The notes under the pieces: generated by a model
Told to the model about the DNA's origin: nothing
Databases searched by the model: none
What the model saw: only the letters and a program-made list of their open reading frames with translations
Source: a virus
Lineage: Duplodnaviria > Caudoviricetes
Virus record (IMG/VR): IMGVR_UViG_3300010391_000174
Coordinates: 773 to 64,772 of that record
DNA length: 64,000 nt
Strand: one strand, 5' to 3'
Position numbers and translations under genes: made by a program
Part shown: positions 30,066-39,384 of the stretch, piece by piece
How the letters are laid out: each line of letters starts with the position of its first letter
Position numbering within the stretch: position 1 is the stretch's first letter

Positions 30066-30354
30066 TTATTTTTATGAATTCAGCACCGTTTTTTTCGTTC
30101 TTCAATAATTCGCCCAACCTATTAGTAAGATTTTCTTCTACTTCTTTAATTTCATTTACTTCTTTATTCAAATTATTGAATTCTTCAAGTCTTTCAAGTG
30201 CAAATCTGGCTTGTATACCACCATCTAATTCAATCGATGAATATAATTCACCATTTACTGGATGATTTACTTCATAATGCTTTTTATTTGCATAATATAA
30301 CAATGCTTGCTTGAGCAATCCAACAAGATTTTGATATGTTTCTATATCATTCAT
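30019..30354 (-). CDS. Hypothetical protein
   Basis: ORF track. Confidence 0.55.
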   Translation of the reverse strand: MNDIETYQNLVGLLKQALLYYANKKHYEVNHPVNGELYSSIELDGGIQARFALERLEEFNNLNKEVNEIKEVEENLTNRLGELLKNEKNGAEFIKIIENYQKMERIGNKDI

Positions 30355-30692
30355 TCTTTGTCTTCTTCAATTGGTTTATGATTTTCAACAATCTGTTTTA
30401 AATCCCGTACTTCGTTAGGATATAGTGTGAATTCTTTACGAGAAGGATGTTTATAATTGTTGTTAATGTTTTTGTGAAAAAATTTACCTTGAGATTCAGC
30501 CTCTTCAAATTCTTTATATAATTCAGGATTAACGTTTCCATATGAATATGTATGTCCTCTACCGAAAGCAATGTAGAGTCTTTGATTTCTGGGAAAATAT
30601 GTGGTCTTCAATATATTGTCCGAATTAAACACGGACTCGATATAACCAATACTTCCATCCTTTTCTTTAAATTCTTTGCGTTCTATTAACAT
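30351..30692 (-). CDS. KTSC-domain protein
   Basis: SDNI..Y....LYIAF..G.TYSY.NV..ELY.EF..AESQGKFF. Confidence 0.75.
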   Translation of the reverse strand: MLIERKEFKEKDGSIGYIESVFNSDNILKTTYFPRNQRLYIAFGRGHTYSYGNVNPELYKEFEEAESQGKFFHKNINNNYKHPSRKEFTLYPNEVRDLKQIVENHKPIEEDKE

Positions 30693-30723
30693 GTTAATAT
30701 ATTAAGCAGACAAATATAATGAA

Positions 30724-32502
30724 TTAAATATTAAAATCAAAACATTTTTCGAATTTAATATGACCACAATCATAAATTCTTAAATATCCTCTTTCTTGCA
30801 TTATTTGTTGTTCGGTTTTTTGAGCATCAAATCCTGCTTTAACTAAAACATCTTTCCTGAATTTAAAACGATGATGTCTAATCATTTCATTGGTTTTAAA
30901 ATAAAAATAATTGGGTTCAGTATTTCCCTTGAAATTAAATCCCAATTGCTGGTATAAATTTCCTTGAGAATATCGTCTATCGGCAAAGGTTAAAATTGAT
31001 TTTGGTTGATATGTTTTTATGAAATAATTTAGTAATTTACTTGCACCACCAATAACACTTGTATTGAGTTTATTACAAAATCTCAACATTTCATATTCAC
31101 CTTCAATACTGACTTTATTTCCCATTGCAATTCTTTTTTGGCCGAAAGTCATTGGTGATACCAAATCGTCATTATAAAATAAACCGATTTTAATTTTACT
31201 GTTAATTGAACCTTGAATATGATTATCATTTAAAAAGTTATTACATGTTCTTGAATCAATTTCTTTAACAACACATTTTCTTGCAAACATCTTGTTTTCA
31301 ATCAAACCTAATTTACTTTTAATTATTGATTTAACAATTTCTTTTTTATAAATCCATTCATCCTCAAATATGTGTAATAGTTGGATTCCATGTTCAGCAC
31401 ATAATTCGGTTTTATTGAGGTGATAATTATTTTCTTTATTAATATTTGAATGCCAATAAAGACCATTAAATTCAATTCCCAATTTATGGTCGGGCATATA
31501 AATATCAATTTCTTTATTATCTATTCTAATCTTTTCGGTTTTTTTATTTAATTCGGTTTCAATAAAATCACGAACCTCATTTTCTTTAATTGAATTGTTT
31601 TCAGATATTGGATTACATAAGGTACAAATATTTTCAAATGAACCCACAATTGTTCTATTATAAAGATTATATCGATTAATTTCAAAAGAATCGTGTAATT
31701 TACATAAATTTTTTATTGTAATTGTATTGCCACTAATAATTATATTTGAAGCATCAATTTTTAAATAATCCGACCAAAAAGATTTTCTTTTCAAATTCAT
31801 ACTATTTTTAATACATAATTTATTCTCTTTGGATTCTACATAATGGTCAACATTATATTTATTTTGTATTGTCGTACATATTTTATCTTTAATCTTTTCT
31901 GATTGAAAGCCATATTCAACATTATAATTTTTTATGAATGTATTTTTCTTTCTTTTAGAAACAATGTCTGATTGTGATACATTTTTTACTCCCCAATGTT
32001 TAATATTTGTTTGAACCACACGTTCTTTAATTATATTGGATTTTAAGGGATATGTAACACCATAATTTTTTAATAATGTTTTTTCTTTTTTTTCTTTAAT
32101 TGAATTCTTTTTAGAAATATTATCAACACCGAATTTCTTATTTATTTTTTCATTAAAATTTTCTTTATATTTACTATTTTGCATTGGGTATTCAACACCA
32201 TAATTTGCAATAGATGTGAGTTTTTTATTTTTTTTCGTTATTGGCGAATTATTCGAACATTTGGTGGAACAAAATTTTCTGTATCCATTCTTATAGTTAA
32301 TAAATTTAACATTATTATTACAAATAGAACATTTAGGTGATTCGATAATATTATTAATATAGTTATATGTTTTACACGCCCAACTAATGTTATTAAAAGA
32401 TAGGTTGAATTCAATAATTTTATTATATAAAGAAATATCGTATTTTATTACGTATTTTTCATTATTTCTACCATTTACAATAATTAATATATCATTTTCC
32501 AT
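30724..32502 (-). CDS. Hef-like endonuclease: YGV repeats, PD-(D/E)XK nuclease and C-terminal GNAT/Mom-like domain
   Basis: Zn motifs, KNYGV repeats, EIDIY..GIEFNGLYWHS, ARKC..NHIQG..RFC..GGASKL..ADRRYS..IYDCG. Confidence 0.75.
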   Translation of the reverse strand: MENDILIIVNGRNNEKYVIKYDISLYNKIIEFNLSFNNISWACKTYNYINNIIESPKCSICNNNVKFINYKNGYRKFCSTKCSNNSPITKKNKKLTSIANYGVEYPMQNSKYKENFNEKINKKFGVDNISKKNSIKEKKEKTLLKNYGVTYPLKSNIIKERVVQTNIKHWGVKNVSQSDIVSKRKKNTFIKNYNVEYGFQSEKIKDKICTTIQNKYNVDHYVESKENKLCIKNSMNLKRKSFWSDYLKIDASNIIISGNTITIKNLCKLHDSFEINRYNLYNRTIVGSFENICTLCNPISENNSIKENEVRDFIETELNKKTEKIRIDNKEIDIYMPDHKLGIEFNGLYWHSNINKENNYHLNKTELCAEHGIQLLHIFEDEWIYKKEIVKSIIKSKLGLIENKMFARKCVVKEIDSRTCNNFLNDNHIQGSINSKIKIGLFYNDDLVSPMTFGQKRIAMGNKVSIEGEYEMLRFCNKLNTSVIGGASKLLNYFIKTYQPKSILTFADRRYSQGNLYQQLGFNFKGNTEPNYFYFKTNEMIRHHRFKFRKDVLVKAGFDAQKTEQQIMQERGYLRIYDCGHIKFEKCFDFNI

Positions 32503-32638
32503 TTATATCGTTTTCAAGTAAAATTCTTATTCTTTTAGAAATTGAATATCCATTCATTTTACAATGTTTTTGAAATTTTTCATTTAAGTCAGAATCAATT
32601 CTAATATTAAGCATTTTATTTTTTATTAATTTTTCCAT
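32492..32638 (-). CDS. 48-aa ribbon-helix-helix protein (not in track)
   Basis: KMLNIRIDSDLNEKFQKHCKMNGYSISKRIRILL; overlaps start of the nuclease; late motif at 32660-32667. Confidence 0.7.
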   Translation of the reverse strand: MEKLIKNKMLNIRIDSDLNEKFQKHCKMNGYSISKRIRILLENDINGK

Positions 32639-32722
32639 ATCGTATATCTTTTGCTTTACATAAATACGACAATATTACATAAATATATTTGAATCTACAA
32701 GTATTTATAAAAAAATGTTTAC

Positions 32723-33487
32723 GTGGCACTTCCAAAAAAAATTAAACTAACTCTTGATACTAATCCACCACAAGTAGGTACTAATTATCTTAAATATGGA
32801 ATGGAGAGAATTGAAGAATTGATGCGTCAAACTGATAGCAAAACCAAATATCTACCAAGAACAATTTTACTTGAAGATTTAGACCAAGCACTTTTTGATT
32901 ATGTTAATCGTGATGGCATGAAGGCAGTGATAGATAATAAAATTGTGCCAACTTTTTATCTTGATAATGACCGTTGGGGTGAATTCAGTAAAACATGGAA
33001 ATTTATGGATGGGGACCACAATGTTCCAACACCATATATTACAGTAAGACGAATTGATAAACAACCCGGAACACGACTTGGTGGTAAGTACAGAATTCCA
33101 CAGCCACGTAAATTCAGATATTTGGATGTTCCAATATTGGATAATGGTGAAATTATTTATTTGCGTTTCAAAATGCCTGAACCAACAAATGTTGATTTAA
33201 CATATGAAGCTGCTTTATTTACTAAATATAGAGTTGATGTTAATCTTTATGATGAACAAGTATTAAAGAATTTCGCCAGTCGTCAGGAATATCTTGGAAT
33301 AAAAGGAAATCCGGTTCCATTAATTTTCGAAGGATTTGCTGAATCCAATCCTATTGAAAATATTGATGGTGACAGATTTTTCGTATCGAAATATGCACTT
33401 AAAATTCTCGGTTTCATTCAAGATGAAAAAGAATTTGAAATTGTTAAAACAACTAGAAGACCAAAATTCGGTTATGTTGTTAAATAA
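32723..33487 (+). CDS. Tail completion/sheath stabilizer (gp15-like)
   Basis: PYITVRR, PEPTNVDLTYE; late motif at 32701. Confidence 0.6.
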   Translation: MALPKKIKLTLDTNPPQVGTNYLKYGMERIEELMRQTDSKTKYLPRTILLEDLDQALFDYVNRDGMKAVIDNKIVPTFYLDNDRWGEFSKTWKFMDGDHNVPTPYITVRRIDKQPGTRLGGKYRIPQPRKFRYLDVPILDNGEIIYLRFKMPEPTNVDLTYEAALFTKYRVDVNLYDEQVLKNFASRQEYLGIKGNPVPLIFEGFAESNPIENIDGDRFFVSKYALKILGFIQDEKEFEIVKTTRRPKFGYVVK

Positions 33488-34320
33488 GTGGCATTTATAT
33501 AATTAAATGTAGTTCCCGTTGGATAGTTTTGTTTAAGATTTTCAAAATTACTAAATGTTTTATTAATCCTATCAACATATAAACTATTAGCATTACTTGG
33601 AATTTCTTTTGCCTTAATTATTGGATATGATGGGGTTATAATTCTCCATGTTTTGTTTACAAGATTTAATTCTGTTTGAAAAAACAATTTTTGTGGTGTA
33701 TCAAGTCCATAATTATCGAAATTTGCAAAAAGAGCAATTTTACCGGTTTTTGCATTATAAAAACTAAATTTCGTATAACCAATTGCAGTAGTGCCAGTAA
33801 ATAAATCCATATATGATACAGGAACATACCAGCGATAGAATTGATTATTAACTACTGGACTGATTGTGTATGTTGGCACTTGACTTGTTGTGTTTACAAT
33901 TTTTGTTAAGTACGTTGTGAATATTTTATTTTGATTGTAAACATCAAATGAATCATAAAATTCCAGAATATAAAAACTATTTAATACGTTTGTGGTAGGA
34001 CCTGATAATTCTGCTGAAGTATATCCATTATTAAGTAATGAAGGTGAAAAAAAACCACCACTATTGTTATAAAAATGAAATTGTATTAATGTATTGGCAT
34101 TGGTGAAATGTTTAAATCTTCTCTTCTCACCATCTGTTACAGGATTAATTAAATCAGTTGTGGTGAAAGAAGTCAAGCCATCGATTTCTTGTTGATATCC
34201 AGTAAATGCATCGTCAGAACCTAATGAAATTAGGATTGAATTTCCTATCATTCCAGTAGTTCCGGTTATTCCAGTGGAAGGGTATGGATTTACTAATATT
34301 CTTCTTCTAATTATTGACAT
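33472..34320 (-). CDS. Virion structural protein (hypothetical)
   Basis: Thr/Gly/aromatic beta-rich composition, co-transcribed late. Confidence 0.55.
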   Translation of the reverse strand: MSIIRRRILVNPYPSTGITGTTGMIGNSILISLGSDDAFTGYQQEIDGLTSFTTTDLINPVTDGEKRRFKHFTNANTLIQFHFYNNSGGFFSPSLLNNGYTSAELSGPTTNVLNSFYILEFYDSFDVYNQNKIFTTYLTKIVNTTSQVPTYTISPVVNNQFYRWYVPVSYMDLFTGTTAIGYTKFSFYNAKTGKIALFANFDNYGLDTPQKLFFQTELNLVNKTWRIITPSYPIIKAKEIPSNANSLYVDRINKTFSNFENLKQNYPTGTTFNYINATYLTT

Positions 34321-35489
34321 GGTTTACCTATATTATTTAAATCATCAAGCGGTTGTGTGTTAATTATTTCTGGAGTACCATATAATATATGACTAAATGC
34401 ATCCAATGTGCTGGCATCAGTTAAATCGGGTACGACTTCAAATATGATATTCGAAAATAAATATCTTTTTTTATTTACAAACGGATAATCTACTCCAATA
34501 CCCGTTAATGGGTCAAAAAATCCTTGTGGAAGTATATTTCTCCATACATAATTACCAGTTCCTACAGGATATTCAGTTGCATAATAGGGTATGGTTGAAG
34601 TTTGTTCGTATGATGTACCGCTAATATTTGCACGACTCAATTCACCACTAAAATACGATAATCTCAAAGGAATAAATGGATTGTATTTCCAAATAAGTCT
34701 TTTTGGTGTTACTCCATCAAGATATGGTGTTTTAATATAAAAAGTCTGTGGTGTTAATTGTTCTTGAAGAAATTCCGATTTAGCATATTCTATAATATCA
34801 CCAGTTTTAATATTAAATAATGCCTTGACTTTATCACCAATATTAAGTACTATGGGTGTAATCGTTGTTTTATTTGCCACACCAGTATTTGACCATGTTG
34901 TTGCCGACAGTGTTTCTATTGGTGATACTGCTGGTTTATATTGTGCATATAAAAATAATTCAGTTGCAGGAAAACCAAATTTATCTACATAACTCGAAAC
35001 ATCAAAATCCATGTTGAAATTAAATGCATATGCTTGTTCGCCATATACATTATTTGCGAATCCAATTGGGTATATTTCAAAATCATTGGGGGTGGCTATT
35101 ATTTCGAAAAATCTAATATATTCGATTGTACTTGGCGTGCTCGTAATATGTGTATAACCTGTACTTGCTTTTACCAGATAAAAATCAAATGAATTTAATA
35201 AATTTTTACTGTTTCCACTTGCTTGTGGTAAGAAAAAATCTTGAAATCGTAAATAATTAGTTTTTAATAAGTTCAGAAGCGAAAGATATTCAATTTTACC
35301 ATAAATTCTATACACAGAATTTGCTTCTCGCTCAATATCAAATACTTCAGTTGCGCTCAATACATTTCGAATATCATATTCGGTAATTAAACCACGTTTA
35401 TTTGATAAATCGATTTTATTGAATTCATCAACATTAACTGAGTCAATATTTCTTGTGCTATTGAGTAATATTTTAACGTTTTCGTCCAT
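34311..35489 (-). CDS. Virion structural protein (hypothetical baseplate)
   Basis: Late motif 35495-35502; YVWRNILPQGF..GVDYPFVN. Confidence 0.55.
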   Translation of the reverse strand: MDENVKILLNSTRNIDSVNVDEFNKIDLSNKRGLITEYDIRNVLSATEVFDIEREANSVYRIYGKIEYLSLLNLLKTNYLRFQDFFLPQASGNSKNLLNSFDFYLVKASTGYTHITSTPSTIEYIRFFEIIATPNDFEIYPIGFANNVYGEQAYAFNFNMDFDVSSYVDKFGFPATELFLYAQYKPAVSPIETLSATTWSNTGVANKTTITPIVLNIGDKVKALFNIKTGDIIEYAKSEFLQEQLTPQTFYIKTPYLDGVTPKRLIWKYNPFIPLRLSYFSGELSRANISGTSYEQTSTIPYYATEYPVGTGNYVWRNILPQGFFDPLTGIGVDYPFVNKKRYLFSNIIFEVVPDLTDASTLDAFSHILYGTPEIINTQPLDDLNNIGKPCQ

Positions 35490-35525
35490 ATAATATAAAT
35501 ACCTGAAAAATTTTTTACGATTTTT

Positions 35526-35550
35526 GTAACATTTTTTTATACTATACGTA
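35526..35550 (+). promoter_or_regulatory. ECF-sigma-like promoter GTAAC-N16-CGTA (second copy 36408-36432)
   Basis: Two copies with identical spacing upstream of adjacent + strand genes. Confidence 0.55.
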
Positions 35551-35575
35551 TTATTTATAATAAAAGAAAATATTA

Positions 35576-36217
35576 ATGAAAAATATATTAACTATAATTA
35601 AAGATACCATCTCTGAATGGTTAAAAGAACAAAATATTTATGAAGGTGTCGGTGATAAATTTTTTCAAAGTAAAACGGGAAGACCTGATGATTTTAATGA
35701 TTTTGAGAAAAACTTTGCACTAAAACAATCTAAAGAAAGTAACTATGAAATTTTTTATAAAAGAAATTCCGATAATTGGACAATTATAAAAAATCCAAAT
35801 TCTTTAAAAAACTTTGCACCAAGTGTTAGGGGCGTGATATCACAAAACGGTGATTTGTATCTTGAGCTAATTCCTAATGGAACAATTCATAATGACATTA
35901 TTGACGTATTAAAAGAAATGGGAGTTCTTTCGGCTTCAATTAAAAAAAATTGGGGGTCAAAAATACCACAAGAAAGTGGTTTTTTAACGGTACAAAAATA
36001 TAGAAATTATCCAATAATTGCAATCGGTGAAAGCAATCGTTTAATATATGATATTAATAATTATAATAATTTAATTAATTATTATAATGAATTTTTAAAT
36101 AAAGCTAAATCAAAAAATCCAAACATAAATTTTGTTAATAAACTTGTTGGAAGTAAATCAGTATCCACAACACATTCTAATATATTAATGAATGAAGCAA
36201 TAGCTAAACAAAAATAA
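35576..36217 (+). CDS. Hypothetical, possible internal head protein
   Basis: Leader MKNILTIIKDTISEWLKEQNIYE. Confidence 0.6.
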   Translation: MKNILTIIKDTISEWLKEQNIYEGVGDKFFQSKTGRPDDFNDFEKNFALKQSKESNYEIFYKRNSDNWTIIKNPNSLKNFAPSVRGVISQNGDLYLELIPNGTIHNDIIDVLKEMGVLSASIKKNWGSKIPQESGFLTVQKYRNYPIIAIGESNRLIYDINNYNNLINYYNEFLNKAKSKNPNINFVNKLVGSKSVSTTHSNILMNEAIAKQK

Positions 36218-36256
36218 TTCATTAATTTTGTAACATTATATAATCAATATGTTTAA

Positions 36257-36372
36257 GTGAACTACCAATTAATTGGCTTCGTAAGTCAATGCTCCAACTA
36301 ATGTTGGCAACTCTTTATGATTTTCAAGTGTGCGTTCCACACACAATTTATTTTTTAAAGCAAATTTTTTAA
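36257..36372 (-). mobile_element. Orphan tnpB 3' end/omega-RNA with IS200/IS605 right end
   Basis: Minus strand encodes KKFALKNKLCVERTLENHKELPTLVGALTYEAN* then hairpin and GGTAGTTCAC terminus. Confidence 0.7.
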
Positions 36373-36464
36373 AAGATATATCTTAATAAAAATAATACAC
36401 CATTTTTGTAACAAATTTTGAAATATTCCGTATAATTGATATATTTAACTAAAAAATTAAAAAA

Positions 36465-36872
36465 ATGAAAAAAGTAACTTATTTATTGGCTTTGGTTTTT
36501 GCTCTGACTCTTATGAGTTTTAGTTGTACTGAAAAAGAAGACGACCCTCTAACATCGGGAGAACTCTATCCTGCTTATGTGGGTGTATGGGAATGTGATT
36601 CTACTAATCCTGCAAGAATTGGTGATAAACTTGCATATCAGTGGGATATTACGATAAATGATGTTAATGCAACATTATATAGTGTTGATATTAATGTAAT
36701 CCCAAATGATATTATTTCAACAACCAACTATCTTTGGACTGTATCTGGTAACGAATTGATGTTTAATAACGAAACAAATACAAATCCCATTAATTTCATG
36801 GTAGTATCTGCCCCAACAGAATATAATATGGTATTAAAACGAGATAATGTAATATATTACTTGAGTAAGTAA
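36465..36872 (+). CDS. Bacteroidota-type lipoprotein (lipocalin-like)
   Basis: Signal peptide MKKVTYLLALVFALTLMSFS|C, KEDD after Cys, VGVW motif. Confidence 0.8.
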   Translation: MKKVTYLLALVFALTLMSFSCTEKEDDPLTSGELYPAYVGVWECDSTNPARIGDKLAYQWDITINDVNATLYSVDINVIPNDIISTTNYLWTVSGNELMFNNETNTNPINFMVVSAPTEYNMVLKRDNVIYYLSK

Positions 36873-36874
36873 GT

Positions 36875-36906
36875 AAAAAAACCCCTCAATTGAGGGGTTT
36901 TTTTTA
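36875..36906. terminator. Bidirectional terminator
   Basis: aaaaaacccctca at tgaggggttttttt. Confidence 0.85.
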
Positions 36907-36907
36907 T

Positions 36908-39100
36908 TTAAACGATATTCAGGTCAAAAAGAAGTTTCACACAATCATTTTGATACATGCCCTTGAAGATAAAGCTCGTAGGTTTATTACCATATTGAAG
37001 ACCAGTATATGGATAATATGTGTCCCATGCATTTTTCGTATATTCTCTACCAGTTGTTGCAAGAGAAGTTGGTATTTGATACATGTAAGGACTTGGGTCA
37101 AGTATTATACCCGGATTTGTAACACCCATTGTTGGGTCATTATTATTCCACCTTCTAATATTTAATCCCTTATATGGAATATTATTTAATTTTGCTAATT
37201 CACTTCTTGGTACATTAACAAATGCTGTTCTGAATGCATCGCCCCTTAAGAAATATTTTGTATTTATGTTTCCTGCAAAGATATTCTGTGGATTATCATC
37301 TAAAAAAAAGTCGCCAGTATAATTATTATAGAAAACATCTGCAACATCATATAGTCTATTAGGACCTGCACCGCCAGCGTGTACGATTTGTGGAAAAATG
37401 ACTGCAAAGTTCAACCATTGTGCGCCAAAAAATTCATCACTGGCATTACCATCCAAAATTTTAGCGTTTGCTGGTGCATCATATCTGAAAAAATTACCTG
37501 TTCCACCAGTACTTGGTGAAACAATATAATTATTTTCATCAAATAATGGTTGAATATCTCTGTTAATTTCGTCAATACCAGCAACTTTAAATAAAATACC
37601 ACCGATATGTGAATAACCATATGTGGTAGGTAGTTTATTTTCTGTTTGGTCATTATCGATTGTATTTGGTGAACCCTCACCACCTTTTGTTGCCATAAAT
37701 TGAGATATGCTGTAAATTTCTCCACCTTTAAATAATGCATATTCTTTTCTCCAACTATTATTAGCTGGCAGTGATTCATTTGAATCAAGGCCAAAACTTT
37801 GTGGAATTTTTAGTCTTCCTCTTATTTTTCTTGCCGAATTATTGCCTCTAAAATCATCACTAAATGTTTTACGAATAACAAGTTGTGTTGTGTCTGGATA
37901 TTCAAAAATCATCATTCCATAGAATTCAGTAAATACCCCAAATGAATTATTATCATCAACATGTATTTCCGTACCAGTATCATCGGTTATAACTTTTGTT
38001 CTATTACATGAAATTGTCAATACAAAATCACCATTGCTTTGAAATTCAAAATATTCTTCTTTACCCAATTCATAAATATTGGTAATAGGATTTACATTTC
38101 CACTTACAATATCAGCGATAGTTATATTTGGTAGATAGCTAAATACTCTAATTGTGAACGGATTAGGTCTATATGTTCTCAAGTCAATATTGTTCTGATG
38201 TTGTTTACTGATATAATAAAAACCATTATTTTCATTATTTCTATCTGGGTCACCAATTGTAGTTAAATCACCCATTGTCATTGTTGTACCAAAAACAACA
38301 AAATTCGAAGTAAGTTGTGCTTTAATTCTAAAATCCTGACGAGTAATACCAATCTGAAAATTTTCAACATCGCCCCAGAAGGGAATAATATCAACACTAA
38401 TTTCTTGTGTTTCGATATTAGGTAAATCGCTTAAATCAGTACTTGTTTTGATTGCTTCACCACCATCAGTAAATAAATTTTCTGGATATCCCGCTTTTAT
38501 CATGCTCGCTGGTGTCATACTGAATTTACCAATATCTGTAATATCAACACTTAAATGAACAGTTTGTGTACCTATTGGCACACCGAATATCATGTAATCA
38601 CCGAATCCATTGGTTAATGCTGTGTATTTATAATATTTTTTATACACATTTAAAAATGATTGATTTACTACAATTTCTGGTTTGATTGGAAATGAACCAA
38701 ATGGTTGCTTTGGTTTGAATAAACCCGTACTTTGTTCAAGTTGTGCGACACGTGGTAATAAATTATACCTTTTTCCGTCAGCATTCTTATCTCTGGGCGT
38801 TTTATATGGATAAATGCTTGCAATACTACTGTCTTCACTATCATCATCGCTTAAGGGAATAAAAATACTTATTTTAGCATTTGGAATACCAATTCCACCA
38901 TTGGCAATTACTCTGCCAACCAAAACACCATAATCTGCATTGAAATCTCTATATACATCTTTAGCATCTATGCTCATTGTGAGGAATTCGAGAGAATCAA
39001 TATCTTGTTCAAGTATTATTTTTATGTTTTTATCCTGACTTAGTGATTCAACGTCCAAATAAATTCGTTGTGATTTATTCATATAAAATATGTTTTCCAT
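36908..39100 (-). CDS. Virion structural protein with transthyretin-like N-terminal domain (true start probably 39082)
   Basis: GVLVGRVIANGGIGIPNAKISIF..TNGFGDYMIFGVP; late motif overlaps the 39100 ATG. Confidence 0.6.
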   Translation of the reverse strand: MENIFYMNKSQRIYLDVESLSQDKNIKIILEQDIDSLEFLTMSIDAKDVYRDFNADYGVLVGRVIANGGIGIPNAKISIFIPLSDDDSEDSSIASIYPYKTPRDKNADGKRYNLLPRVAQLEQSTGLFKPKQPFGSFPIKPEIVVNQSFLNVYKKYYKYTALTNGFGDYMIFGVPIGTQTVHLSVDITDIGKFSMTPASMIKAGYPENLFTDGGEAIKTSTDLSDLPNIETQEISVDIIPFWGDVENFQIGITRQDFRIKAQLTSNFVVFGTTMTMGDLTTIGDPDRNNENNGFYYISKQHQNNIDLRTYRPNPFTIRVFSYLPNITIADIVSGNVNPITNIYELGKEEYFEFQSNGDFVLTISCNRTKVITDDTGTEIHVDDNNSFGVFTEFYGMMIFEYPDTTQLVIRKTFSDDFRGNNSARKIRGRLKIPQSFGLDSNESLPANNSWRKEYALFKGGEIYSISQFMATKGGEGSPNTIDNDQTENKLPTTYGYSHIGGILFKVAGIDEINRDIQPLFDENNYIVSPSTGGTGNFFRYDAPANAKILDGNASDEFFGAQWLNFAVIFPQIVHAGGAGPNRLYDVADVFYNNYTGDFFLDDNPQNIFAGNINTKYFLRGDAFRTAFVNVPRSELAKLNNIPYKGLNIRRWNNNDPTMGVTNPGIILDPSPYMYQIPTSLATTGREYTKNAWDTYYPYTGLQYGNKPTSFIFKGMYQNDCVKLLFDLNIV

Positions 39101-39384
39101 AAATACTAAAACTAAGAATTCCTTACCAATGGAAAATATTTTTAACTTTTTTCAAAAATATTTTTCAATAAATTTGAGAAAATCTGAGAATAAAAAATTA
39201 AAAAAATTAAAAATCTGTGGCAAAAAAATTGAAAAACTCTGAAATTTGAATTTATGAATAAGAATAGCAAGGTGATAATAATTAAGTCAAACACCTTTTC
39301 AATTATTTTTTAGTATTTATTGAAAAGCAATAAAGCATTGTTTATAACAAGAAAAAATAATAAAAAATTAAATAATTAAATAAA

